A stretch of 63,821 nt of DNA, filler included, from Octopus bimaculoides (lineage: Eukaryota), in NCBI RefSeq assembly GCF_001194135.2. It is 8 parts of 8 records of this genome, joined end to end, with 100 filler letters (N's around TTAATTAATTAA, not from the genome) between each part and the next. Parts side by side here need not be neighbours in the genome. Positions count along the whole stretch, not along the records: positions 27,389 to 45,184 come from NC_068981.1; positions 45,285 to 60,525 come from NC_068983.1; 6 more parts are not named here. One strand, written 5' to 3'. This document shows positions 35,880-48,637 of the stretch, in pieces. The number at the start of each line of letters is the position of its first letter. The first letter of the stretch is position 1. Under the pieces are notes generated by a model that was not told the origin of the DNA, did not search any database, and was given only the letters and a program-made list of their open reading frames with translations. The position numbers and the translations under genes were made by a program.

Positions 35880-38740
35880 TCTTATAATTTCATTTCGCAC
35901 AACAGAGTTGACTGTTGGAAAAGAAAAATTCCTCACATCGGGCTACAAGTAGCGTTAGATGCCAAGAACTCTCCTAAGTATCCTAGCTGCCCCCAAAACA
36001 CTGCTTTCTACAGTTGTAAAAACTGGGTCTTAAACCGATTTCCTCTATCCATCTGTTCAATTTTTTAGGGATAGTTTTTCATGCACCTGTAACTACAGGG
36101 ATACATTTTACCCGCACTTTCCGTAGTCTCTGTAACTCAATGGCTAGGTCCCCTTGTACTTTGCTATTTTCTCTATACCTCTGATATTGACTTTCTCATA
36201 ATGTGGGACTGTAAACTCAATTATGTGGCACCTTCTGTTCTCTTTATCTACTAGTATTACATCAGGCCTTCTAGCTTCTCTGTCAGTCTGAATGTTAAAG
36301 TCCTACAACATCTTATATTTCTTACTTTCTAGTACTTTACGAGGTTCATGATCATACCATTTATCAGTATGGTCAAATCCTAGCTTTCTACATAACTTCC
36401 AGTGGATTATTCTTCTTAAGTCGTAAAGTATTTTCTTGTATTCATTCTGTGTCAGCATGCTGCATTCACTTTCCTCTTTTGATTTGCATAATTTACATTA
36501 GGAATCTACTTGGTTTTTGTCTATCTTGGCTTTTATCCAATTAGTCATTAATGCTTGATTTTGTGCTGTTACTAACAAACTTTCTGTCTCCCTTCCAGCC
36601 TCTCATTACTAATTCCTGCAACTATCTTTGGGAATGTACCATGCAAAGCCTTCTCTTGCCAGTCAGATAACACTTGTTCTTTTTCCTGGTTTTTAACTTC
36701 GTTTGGCGTTTTGGTTTCCCTATGTCCTGCAGTGACGCAAGCTGTTCCTAATAAACTTCCTTCACCATTACCTACACAGCAGTCTATATCTCCTCTAACT
36801 CCACGCAGTCTTCTACTGATATTAACCCTCTTCTACCTTCCTGTCTAGGTAAGTATAATCTTGCTACTCCTGTTCTTGGATGAAGTCCAAGGTCATCCAA
36901 TTAGAGCAATTGATTAATTTTTCCTTTACTATTTCTAAACTGATACGCTGTCTTTGCCTTCCTTAATACTAAATTTAGGTGGATTAAGCAAAAGACAAAT
37001 ATTAAAGGGGCTAACGAGTCTCTTTGGAAGATTTCTATCTTGATATTAACTATCCCTGATGCTGTGTCACCTGAGTGACCTACTTTCCATTTCTTCATGC
37101 TAAAGCTAATTAATTTTCTTATCTTGTCTGCAATACTGAATATACTCAAACATTCACTTATTTATGAGTATGGGCTCATGCCATAGGCTTTCTTATAACC
37201 TATCCATAGTATTGTTAAATTTTTCTTTCTAAATTTTACTTCATTTAAAACTGCTTTGTCTATTATAATAGATCATGCGTTCTTCTAGCCTTCTTCCTTC
37301 AACCTTTCTGCTCTTCTGACTGTCAAGGTGCTCGTAAATTCTTTCTGAAAACATTCCTGTTAACAGCTTCCACACTAATGGTAAGCAAGTGATTGGTCTA
37401 TAATTGCTAGCTGTATTATTTGTTTTTCATAAAGAGCACTAATCTTCCAATCTGATATTCATCCGTTAAGGCAATTCTGAAGTTGATCCTTCTGTCTCCC
37501 GTGTAAGCTAGTAAACTTCATTAACCAATAGCCTTGAAGTAAATCTGGTCTAGGGTCCTTCCAAATCGGCATTTTTCCTAAAACGTTTCTCCTTAATCCG
37601 CTAAATAGTCTTAGATCTGACTCCTCCTCACTCACAACTTCTTCCCTCACCTTCTTTACTCATACTGCATCCGCATTATGAGTGATTGGTTTATCTCAAA
37701 TATTATTCAGAACTTTCTAGTTTCTGCATTAGGTCTCTCATCTTCAGTGCTTTCTTTTCCACTATTTGGTTATAAAATCTCGTCTGGTATGTCTCAGTTA
37801 ATCTATTCTGTTGATACTGATCTATTCTTTCCTGATATCTGAAAAGCTTATCTGCTACTGATATGACACACTGTTTCAACTCTTCCATGACTGTCCCAAA
37901 CCCTTCCACTTTGACTAAGTATTTTTTCTTGAGAGATTTAAATCTTATGTTTCCTAACGTGTCCAGTTTCCAGGCTTCTGTTCTGCTCAGAATTTGTCTT
38001 AAAGTCTTCACTTCATTTTGTAATTTCCTTTTTCACATTTGCACATAGTCTTTCCTTGTGGAATATCTAATCTTATAGTAATTACTACCCCTCCTGCATA
38101 GATCAATAAGTTAGTGTCACCTATATTTTTGTTATCTATCCTACTGATATCAGAATCTTCTTTCCTAGTCACATCTAGATGCTTCCTTCGCTTAAATCGC
38201 TGATGCTAGTTGTCCCTTCCTGATTGGCAGTGCTAATATTAAGTTTTTTTCCTTTAGATTCTTCTTTGGTTTGAACTATATCTCTCATGTTGCTTGTCTT
38301 TTCTACCGCCTAGTCTTTCTTTTCCAGTTCTCTCGTCATCTCTTCCACTTCAAATTCTGTCATCCACTTTCTTCTCCTGATAGCATTAGCTTGGTCTACT
38401 AGACCCTGCTCAGTCACTTTAAACATACCCTTCTTTACCCAGAATGTTAACATCCGTTTATTATAACCCCTTCTTTTAGGTTCACTTTCTAAGTAGCATT
38501 GCATCGCTATCCTTTTCTCATCACTGTGTCACTTCCTCCTCATCACTCTATAATCTGCTTATGCTGTCTTATGGCTACAGCTATGGTCAGTCTGCATATT
38601 TTTGAACCTCTGCCGAGCAAGAGGCCTTCCATTAAAGGTCCAGCCTGATTTTCACTCGAACCACCAGAGTGTCTAGTGTAAGTCTTTTCTCCCATAAACT
38701 GAAGTAAGGTAATGTTTGTCACCATCTTCATCATTACTAT
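35880..38740 (-). mobile_element. R4/Dong-like non-LTR retroelement (RT plus restriction-like endonuclease), near full length, pseudogenised
   Basis: N-terminal CY..SEPKRRGYNKRM..W...GMFKVTEQGLVDQ; ELKQ...RY..R..QYQQNRL; RT K.P.WK.P.PD..QGYWL, IFQRDSLAPL, KINQLL; REL region IHWKLC, DFNIQTD..ARRPDV, KIAKYK.DLAIELQRL, ARILRRVLGI* (stop about 35955). Confidence 0.9.
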
Positions 38741-39514
38741 CATTATTCGACATCTAGTAGTTTCAAGTAACTTTCTTTTGCATTACTTGCTGCACTTTTG
38801 TGCTGGTGTGTGTGTGGGGGGCTGCACTTTTGTACTGGTGTGTGTGTGGGGGGCTGCATTTTTCTCCCCACCCCACCAAGTTTGGGTAATATATTGCATC
38901 AGTATGTTTTGTTATGAGGTTTGGTTTGAGCCTTCTGTTGTATTAGTGTTTGTATCGTGTGCTTTTTGTGGCGTGCAGGTTTGTTCTTCTGTTGGATATC
39001 TGGCTTCAATAGGGTTTCTTCAATTTTAATTGGGTATATACTGAATGAATTTATTCCTGTGTGTTTTTGGAGGAATGTTGCATTGTAGTGTGCATAAACC
39101 ACTAGATTGCATTCATGGTTATCTGTCCATTGCATCGCTCATTTTAGTTTTGTTATTCGTTTGGGTAGTGACATTAAGAGATGAGTCCGTCTTTACAGCG
39201 TTTACGTTTTCACAAAACACCGCCCTTGGACATGTGTTGAAGCTACTTTCATATAGCGATTGCTCAAAGCTCACAGGATGAAATTCAGTACAATTAATTA
39301 CTTCTTCTTTTGATCTTTGTTCTCAGTTTTTAGTTTGTTTTTTTTTTCACTGAATACTTATCATAGTTGTTCAGAGGAATGAGGCTTATCGCCTCTTTGG
39401 CTAAAGACATTTAAATACCGTGAGTTCAGTGTTCGTTCTGTACGCGATCGTGTGTGGGGGTGTATAAACGTTATAATTATTATTGATGTATAAGCGAGAG
39501 AAAGAGGAATAGCA

Positions 39515-39557
<43 letters not shown>

Positions 39558-39751
39558 TGATTTATAGAGATATGGATNNNNNNNNNNNNNNNNNNNNNNN
39601 NNNNNNNNNNNNNNNNNNNNNNNNNNNNNNNNNNNNNNNNNNNNNNNNNNNNNNNNNNNNNNNNNNNNNNNNNNNNNNNNNNNNNNNNNNNNNNNNNNNN
39701 NNNNNNNNNNNNNNNNNNNNNNNNNNNNNNNNNNNNNNNNNNNNNNNNNNN

Positions 39752-42700
39752 GGCAATGGTGTAGAAAACAAACAGATGTATTAGTATAACGCTTGGGAAT
39801 TGAAAAAGTCTTTAACGTCTCGAGCCTACGTTCTTCCACGGAAAGGAACACAGAAAGAAACAACGAGACAAAGAAGCAGAGAAAAAATGTTTGTAGTTAG
39901 CGATCTATCATGGCGAATACCGGACAGAAGGGTCACACAGGAGAGCTAAGAAGAAGGGGAGATAACAAATCAGTAGTGATCCCAAGACGAAGGTGCGCGT
40001 GTGTAAGAGAGAACGTATGTGCGTGTGAAAGAGGTCTAGTGATCTTAACGCGTGCATGTGTGTATGTGTAGGTGTGAAAATGTGGGGATGAGAATTGGTC
40101 AGTGCTAGTGTGTGCGTGGTGGTGTTTTGTGATGTGATGTGTTGTATGGTGTGGTGTGGTGTGGTGTGATGGTGTTGGGAGGTGGGGTAGGCGAGAGTGG
40201 GGAAAGCACAGGTGGGTTGTGAGTTAGGCTGAAGGTGGCGTATGTGGGTAGGAAGAGGGTAGGAGTAGAGGTGGGGTATGTGGGAGAGAGTGTAAGGGAT
40301 GGAAAGGATGGGGAAGGTGGGGTAGGAATGTGTAGAGGGTGGGGTTGGCTTATGAGGGAGAGTTGAGGATGAAGGGGAGAAGGGGGAAGGGGAAGGTGGG
40401 TATGAGAGAAGAGAGAAAGAGCAGAAGAGAGAAAATAGAAAGAGCAGAAGTGAGAAAAGAGAAAGAGAGTAGGAATGACGAGAACTAGGAGTGAAGAGAA
40501 GTAAGAGCGAAGAGAAGTAGGAGTGAAGAGAAGTAGGAGTGAAGAGAAGTAGGAGTCAGAGCAAGAGAGGAGAGGTGGGTAGTAGGAAGTAAGAGGGAGG
40601 GGGAGAGAAGCAAGGGGGAGGTTAGATGAAAAGGGGAAGAGAGTTGAGCCCATGTGGCGCAAAGGAGCGAAGAGAGAAGATTAATGCCTTTTCACGGCGC
40701 AAACGGGAGTCCGGATGGCTCCTGTGCAAGGACAATCCGAACACGGACAGGTGTTGCAAAGAGTGACCGGTAGAGCAGAAATGGCGTGAGACCGGAGTGT
40801 CATTGCCGAGGTGGATGACTCGGAGGTGTTCCGCAAACCGGTCAGCCAAGCGGCGTCCCGATTGTCCGATGTACAGAGAATGGCAGAGAGAGCAGGAGAT
40901 GCAATAGATGATATTGGTAGAAGTGCAAGTGAAGGAGTCGATGATGTGATAGGGTCGATGATGTTGGANNNNNNNNNNNNNNNNNNNNNNNNNNNNNNNN
41001 NNNNNNNNNNNNNNNNNNNNNNNNNNNNNNNNNNNNNNNNNNNNNNNNNNNNNNNNNNNNNNNNNNNNNNNNNNNNNNNNNNNNNNNNNNNNNNNNNNNN
41101 NNNNNNNNNNNNNNNNNNNNNNNNNNNNNNNNNNNNNNNNNNNNNNNNNNNNNNNNNNNNNNNNNNNNNNNNNNNNNNNNNNNNNNNNNNNNNNNNNNNN
41201 NNNNNNNNNNNNNNNNNNNNNNNNNNNNNNNNNNNNNNNNNNNNNNNNNNNNNNNNNNNNNNNNNNNNNNNNNNNNNNNNNNNNNNNNNNNNNNNNNNNN
41301 NNNNNNNNNNNNNNNNNNAGGAGACGGCAGGGCCGGTTCGGAGGGAGAGAGCAGATGCACGGTCCATGGAACGTGCTCTGGCAAAGGCGGTGTGGATAGT
41401 GGTGAGGAGATATCCACGTAGGATGAAGTGGCGAGCCATGAGTTGAGACTGAGTCTCAAAGTCATGGTCGTCACTACAGAGCCTGCGTAGACGGAGGAAT
41501 TGGGAATAGGAGATGGAAAGCTTGGTGTTTTTAGGGTGGGAGGAGGAGAAGTTGAGGTGTGAGTGTGAGTCTGTGTGTTTGTAGTGGATGGAGGTGATAA
41601 GAGTGAAGTGATGAATGCTGACCGAAATATAAAGAAAGGAGACAGATGTGTCAGAGATAGTGCAGGAGAAGTGGAGGGCAGGATAGAAAGATTTGACAAA
41701 AGAGAGGAAGGAGTCTAGATGTTCGCGAGAGAGTGAGGTTGCACCGATATAGTCGTCAATATAACGGCCATATAGTTCGGTAGTGGGACCAGTGAAACTT
41801 GAGAATATTTGGGGCCCATTCTCGTTCCGATGGCCCGCGAACGAGCAGTTGAGTGAGAGACAAGTTCGGCCAGACAAACGAGTGTGGATGTGTCGGGTTG
41901 AGGGTTGGGTCGGAGGTCAAGGAAATGTTTGAGTGCACGCAGCCCCTCGTGGTGAGGGATCACCGTGTAGAGGCTCTGGATGTCGAGAGTGAAGAGAAGT
42001 TTAGAGGGGCCAGGAGGGAAGGAGAAAGAGTTGAACAAACGAAGCGCGTNNNNNNNNNNNNNNNNNNNNNNNNNNNNNNNNNNNNNNNNNNNNNNNNNNN
42101 NNNNNNNNNNNNNNNNNNNNNNNNNNNNNNNNNNNNNNNNNNNNNNNNNNNNNNNNNNNNNNNNNNNNNNNNNNNNNNNNNNNNNNNNNNNNNNNNNNNN
42201 NNNNNNNNNNNNNNNNNNNNNNNNNNNNNNNNNNNNNNNNNNNNNNNNNNNNNNNNNNNNNNNNNNNNNNNNNNNNNNNNNNNNNNNNNNNNNNNNNNNN
42301 NNNNNNNNNNNNNNNNNNNNNNNNNNNNNNNNNNNNNNNNNNNNNNNNNNNNNNNNNNNNNNNNNNNNNNNNNNNNNNNNNNNNNNNNNNNNNNNNNNNN
42401 NNNNNNNNNNNNNNNNNNNNNNNNNNNNNNNNNNNNNNNNNNNNNNNNNNNNNNNNNNNNNNNNNNNNNNNNNNNNNNNNNNNNNNNNNNNNNNNNNNNN
42501 NNNNNNNNNNNNNNNNNNNNNNNNNNNNNNNNNNNNNNNNNNNNNNNNNNNNNNNNNNNNNNNNNNNNNNNNNNNNNNNNNNNNNNNNNNNNNNNNNNNN
42601 NNNNNNNNNNNNNNNNNNNNNNNNNNNNNNNNNNNNNNNNNNNNNNNNNNNNNNNNNNNNNNNNNNNNNNNNNNNNNNNNNNNNNNNNNNNNNNNNNNNN

Positions 42701-44250
42701 NNNNNNNNNNNNNNNNNNNNNNNNNNNNNNNNNNNNNNNNNNNNNNNNNNNNNNNNNNNNNNNNNNNNNNNNNNNNNNNNNNNNNNNNNNNNNNNNNNNN
42801 NNNNNNNNNNNNNNNNNNNNNNNNNNNNNNNNNNNNNNNNNNNNNNNNNNNNNNNNNNNNNNNNNNNNNNNNNNNNNNNNNNNNNNNNNNNNNNNNNNNN
42901 NNNNNNNNNNNNNNNNNNNNNNNNNNNNNNNNNNNNNNNNNNNNNNNNNNNNNNNNNNNNNNNNNNNGAATAGAATAAAAGTAGGAGGAGTGGATGGGGT
43001 AGATTTAGAAGGGGTGGTAGGGATGGTGGAAGGCTGGGACGGAGGAGTGAAGGGGTTGGAGGGACATGGGATTGGGTGTGGGTGGGGGAGCGTATCAGGG
43101 AGGGAGAAGGGTAGAGGAGTTGGGGTAGTGGCATCGGGTGTGATGGAATGGAGGAGTGAGTGGAGTTTATGAAGTTTGGTGTTGGCAAGAAATTGATGAA
43201 AGCGATGATTTAAATGAATTAAATAGAGCAACGTGTTGTGAGCATGGAAGGGCGACAGAGAGGAGAAAAAGTTGGAAAAAGCTGGAGGGAGAAGGTGGTC
43301 GATGGTATGGATTTTAGAGAGATTGGAGCGAATGGTGGCATGCATAAGGCGGTATGATGTAGTACGGAGTATGGGTAGGATGGTTGTAGCAGAGTGGAGA
43401 GTAAGGTGAAAATGGAGGCGGAAACCTTTAGGGATGAAGCGGTAATGTAAGCGGAGACTGAGAAACGAAATGTGGCTAGAGAAACGAGTTTTTTTGAAAA
43501 TGAATAAAGAAAGGTTAATGGAAGGCTGAAAGCAGTGGGAAGGAAGTGTGCAGATGTGTTGTTTTAGGCGGTTGTGAAGAGTGAGGAGGAAAGATTTGTA
43601 GTCTGACATGGTAGTACAACGAGGTAAAAATGTGGGAGGAAATTAAAAGTGAGGAAGGAAAAATTCAAAAGGTGTGGGGGGAAAAGGAAAGGCGTGAGGA
43701 GAAAGAAATGAATGAAAAAGGCGTGAGGAGAAAAAATATATGTGAGGTGGGAGAAAAAAATATATGTGAGGTGGGAGAAAAAAATATATGTGAGGTGGGA
43801 GAAAAAAATAAAAACAGTGAAAGAAAAGATGAAGATGGAACAAATAGAGAGAAAGTTGGGAGAAAGGAGAAGAGAAGACAAAAGGAGAAGAGAAGACGAA
43901 AGGAGAAGAGAAGACGAAAGGAGAAAAGAAATGAAGGGAGAGGAAGGTAAAGTAACAGGTGTAGATTAGAGAAAACAGAGTAAGAAGATCCAGAGTAGGA
44001 AGAAACAACAAAAGGAAAGAACAGAAACTACAGGAAAATAATAATAATAAAGTTTTACGTAAAGTTGAAAACGTTCAAAGGCTTCAGACGTCGTGGTGTA
44101 TTAGAGAGATTTTTTATCAACAGAAGAGTCCAGAGTAATCCATAGGCAGGAGAGGTGCAGCCGGAGTGTAGAAAGTCCATACGAAAGTCCAGCGGAGAAT
44201 TTTGTGGGTGATGAGAGGGGACAGGATCAACTGGGGCAACCACGTGAGCG
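39752..44250 (-). mobile_element. Penelope-like retroelement, near full length (N-terminal domain, RT, thumb, C-terminal GIY-YIG, pyrimidine-rich 3' region with HHR-like module), interrupted by two gaps and small deletions
   Basis: RFSSHISFL...IPKGF; LLFTLDIQSLYTVIPH; GTRMGP; YGRYIDD; VSFL.ISV; HYK.TDSHS.L.F.SSHP; SQFLRLRRLCS; NIIYCISCSLCHSLYIGQSGRRLADRFAEH...PVSRHF...RLRREKALIFSL...PHGLN. Short tandem repeats (24-, 18- and 16-mers) lie in the UTRs. Confidence 0.95.
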
Positions 44251-44259
44251 TATATATAT

Positions 44260-44292
<33 letters not shown>

Positions 44293-44893
44293 AAAGGTTT
44301 AGATTTAGATTCAAAATTGAATATGGTACTTATGTTTAGGCACTAGAATATAGTATGGTATGGTATTATACAAAAACCATTTCAAAAACGAGGTGATCAA
44401 AATAAGCAACACGGATTTTAAAGATGATTGCAGTACGCACGTTTCATGCTACTCCATTTATTTAAGTAATGCGAGCATTACATTAAATGCAATATGTAGA
44501 GCAATCTTCAGCTGCACGAAAATGCAGAAAATTACAGTAGAATAGACATATTATAATTGTGACAACATTTCAAATCCAAGTGAGAAGAAGAATACATAAA
44601 AATCCATCTTGACATAGCCAAAGCTATCAGGCTAGTAATTGGTTCTAGGCAGAAATTCTAACTGTCTCTGATTTTATTGTCTCTTATCTAGTAGTTATAG
44701 TATAAGGGACAATCACTTCTAAGGAAAGGGAAGGTGTAAGCATTATGCATGGACATGGCTATAAAGGATATGGTTATAAAGGTTTTTCTGGTCACAGTGG
44801 CAGCACTCTTATAGGTTGGTTTTTTTTTTACTACTATCAAAATGTTGAGGAAGAAACAACAAAAGGAAAGAACAGAAACTACAGGAAAATAAG

Positions 44894-45184
44894 ATGAATT
44901 TCCAGGATTACCCGACAGTGAGACTCATTTGCCCGTCTAGGTCTGACCTTGGCAGACTTAGTAAACTTATACTAGACAATATTTTACCTCTTATAATTCC
45001 TATTTTATCCTTAAAGTTATGGAATAATACTGAAGAAGTACTAAACTGGTTTAAATCTATTGACAACACTGGTAACTTTTCGTTTATTCAAATTGATATA
45101 AATAACTATTATTCTAGCATATCCCCTATTCTCCTAAATAAGGCTCTTATTTTTACTATGAATCGCTCCCTCATTACTAGGGAT
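44894..45184 (+). mobile_element. RT fragment of a second, distinct Penelope-like family; runs into gap
   Basis: PTVRLICPSRSDLGRLSKLILD...LWNNTEEVLNWF...FSFIQIDINNYYSSISPILLNKAL fits the RL.NP.KS.IG..SK.ILD / W.NT..V..WF / F..FDI..FYPSI pattern of invertebrate PLE RTs. Confidence 0.75.
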
Positions 45185-45392
45185 NNNNNNNNNNNNNNNN
45201 NNNNNNNNNNNNNNNNNNNNNNNNNNNNTTAATTAATTAANNNNNNNNNNNNNNNNNNNNNNNNNNNNNNNNNNNNNNNNNNNNATATATATATATATGT
45301 TTACATATATAAGTATGTAGATATATACACATATGTATATATACATGCACGCAAACACACACCTATATATATTCACATATATATAATATGTA

Positions 45393-45436
<44 letters not shown>

Positions 45437-46736
45437 ATGTATGTATGTATGCATGCATGTATGCATGTATGTATGCATGTATGTATGTATATATATACAT
45501 ATTTATTGGACGAGAGAGGTATGTTGCTATCGCCTTCAGCGTGTTATGTGTGGTAAACAGAATGAACGTACCGGGCCTTATTCCACTTGTAGATTGCAAT
45601 TCAACGCCCTTTATACTTCCGGTGCGCGTGTTGCAATATATCCCGGAGGAATGGTTTTGAATCGAAGAAGATAGGAGTCGTGTGTGTTTTTGCTTGCTTA
45701 TATGTCGGTGTGCCTGTGTACCCGTGTGTCTATGTTTGCTGTGTGCAGCTGCGATGCATATATACATATATATATATATATATATANNNNNNNNNNNNNN
45801 NNNNNNNNNNNNNNNNNNNNNNNNNNNNNNNNNNNNNNNNNNNNNNNNNNNNNNNNNNNNNNNNNNNNNNNNNNNNNNNNNNNNNNNNNNNNNNNNNNNN
45901 NNNNNNNNNNNNNNNNNNNNNNNNNNNNNNNNNNNNNNNNNNNNNNNNNNNNNNNNNNNNNNNNNNNNNNNNNNNNNNNNNNNNNNNNNNNNNNNNNNNN
46001 NNNNNNNNNNNNNNNNNNNNNNNNNNNNNNNNNNNNNNNNNNNNNNNNNNNNNNNNNNNNNNNNNNNNNNNNNNNNNNNNNNNNNNNNNNNNNNNNNNNN
46101 NNNNNNNNNNNNNNNNNNNNNNNNNNNNNNNNNNNNNNNNNNNNNNNNNNNNNNNNNNNNNNNNNNNNNNNNNNNNNNNNNNNNNNNNNNNNNNNNNNNN
46201 NNNNNNNNNNNNNNNNNNNNNNNNNNNNNNNNNNNNNNNNNNNNNNNNNNNNNNNNNNNNNNNNNNNNNNNNNNNNNNNNNNNNNNNNNNNNNNNNNNNN
46301 NNNNNNNNNNNNNNNNNNNNNNNNNNNNNNNNNNNNNNNNNNNNNNNNNNNNNNNNNNNNNNNNNNNNNNNNNNNNNNNNNNNNNNNNNNNNNNNNNNNN
46401 NNNNNNNNNNNNNNNNNNNNNNNNNNNNNNNNNNNNNNNNNNNNNNNNNNNNNNNNNNNNNNNNNNNNNNNNNNNNNNNNNNNNNNNNNNNNNNNNNNNN
46501 NNNNNNNNNNNNNNNNNNNNNNNNNNNNNNNNNNNNNNNNNNNNNNNNNNNNNNNNNNNNNNNNNNNNNNNNNNNNNNNNNNNNNNNNNNNNNNNNNNNN
46601 NNNNNNNNNNNNNNNNNNNTATATATATATATATATACATGTATATACTTATGTGTCTATATATGCATATGCATAATGTATATGTGTGATGTTGTAATCT
46701 TGCCTCTTTTACGTGTACATACCTATTTTCATATGT

Positions 46737-46786
<50 letters not shown>

Positions 46787-46861
46787 TAATAGTAAAAAGA
46801 AAAAAAAGTAATTTCCTCTTCCTACTCGTCATCCTCCTCCTCATCATTATTATTATTATCA

Positions 46862-46925
<64 letters not shown>

Positions 46926-48637
46926 GACATGCATGCACCGGCATTTATGCCTGTCTTAGTTTACATTATACATCGCATATTTTAATATTAATGAACCGCT
47001 CATTCAATATTAATGCACGTCAATTTATGCATCTTACAGTCATCATGCACGAACGCCATAACACATCTGAATCTATACGTAAATTCTCATTCACATACAG
47101 GTTCATATTATCTCGTTTCCCTCTTGCATGCTTTATTTTCTTATTATTCTTTTTATTATGTATCTGTATTTAAGTTAGTATATTTTGTAGGTATTTTATG
47201 CCGTATTTTAATATAAGTATATATTTGAATATATTAATTTGCCACTGTCGACAAATGTGACGCCATTATCCCTATGTGTGTTTATTTGTTTAGAAATATC
47301 ACAAGCTTGTTGTACAAATACACACTACATGCCTATCCATGTATCTATGTGTATATATGTATGTATATATATACATATATATGTATGTATGTGTGTGTAT
47401 ATATTTATATACATATATATACATATATGTGTTTATATATATATATATNNNNNNNNNNATATATATATATATAAACACATATATGTATATATATGTATAT
47501 AAATATATACACACACATACATACATATATATGTATATATATACATACATGTATGTGTATATGTATTATATGCATATATATGTATATATGTGTGTGTATA
47601 CGTGTGTGTATGCAATGAACATGCATCGTCATAACCCGTTACTCTTAGCTGCTGGTTTATAAACGTTATCATGTTTTACAACTGAGACATGCACGCGCAC
47701 GCACATGCTTACGCCTACTTAAAACCACACGTAGACACACCTATATATATATGTATGTGTGTGTGTATATATATATAAAACATACATTCTACATATCACA
47801 CTTACCTATCTATACATATGTATCTAATGTTTCTCTCTATTTCTCTCTTATATATACATACATACCACACATACATACGTACATACATACATACGTACAT
47901 ACATATATACATACATACATTCGTACATACATATATACATGCACACATACATACATGCATGCATACATACATACATACATTCATACATATATATAAAACA
48001 TCGGTTTCACAATGAGTATCAAAAAAGCTGGTGTCATGTATCATCCCCCTCCTAAAATCCTTACGTTGAACTACCCTACATAGTCAACAATCAACCTCTT
48101 CTAACTGTAAAATTATTCATAAACCTTGGAACTACACTGTTAAGGAGTGTTCACATCGATGATAAAGGGAACGCGAGGACAGTAAAAGTTAGTTCTGCCG
48201 TTTGAATTTTTCATTTCAAGGTTTGGAAAAGACTGTCTGTAAAAACAAAATTTAACATCTAGAAAACTGGTTGCGAAACGTAAACAATTTACCAAAGATG
48301 TGCCAAAATATCTTAACGTCTTTAAACTAACATTCTTGCGAAAAATAGTTAACATCAGGTTATAGGATAAAATTCCCTATACATCTGTGTTAAAGAAAGC
48401 TATGCATGTATAGTTACCTGTGATAATTCAGCTGTGTTGCAGTGAATATGTACCGCATATACCCGACTTCAAATCCTCCAGACAGATCTTCTTTGCTGAA
48501 CTAGTAGTTTGGCTCCGGGTCACGCTGTGAACCAAAGAAGAGAAACAAAGCTATGTTGATGACAACCTTAAAAAGGACTATAGCTTAGAGCAATCTGCTA
48601 GGGAACACCTTCTTATTTTCCCTATTTTTTCCTATTT

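Noticed and set aside
38712-38790. IIRHLVV peptide as the CLC CBS2 (GLRHL.VV) exon
   Set aside because: It is the antisense of the R4-like element 5' boundary, has no splice sites, and lacks the surrounding CBS2 motifs.
39386-39410. ATCGCCTCTTTGGCTAA resembling the U2 snRNA 5' end
   Set aside because: Too short and gapped, and no downstream U2 sequence follows.
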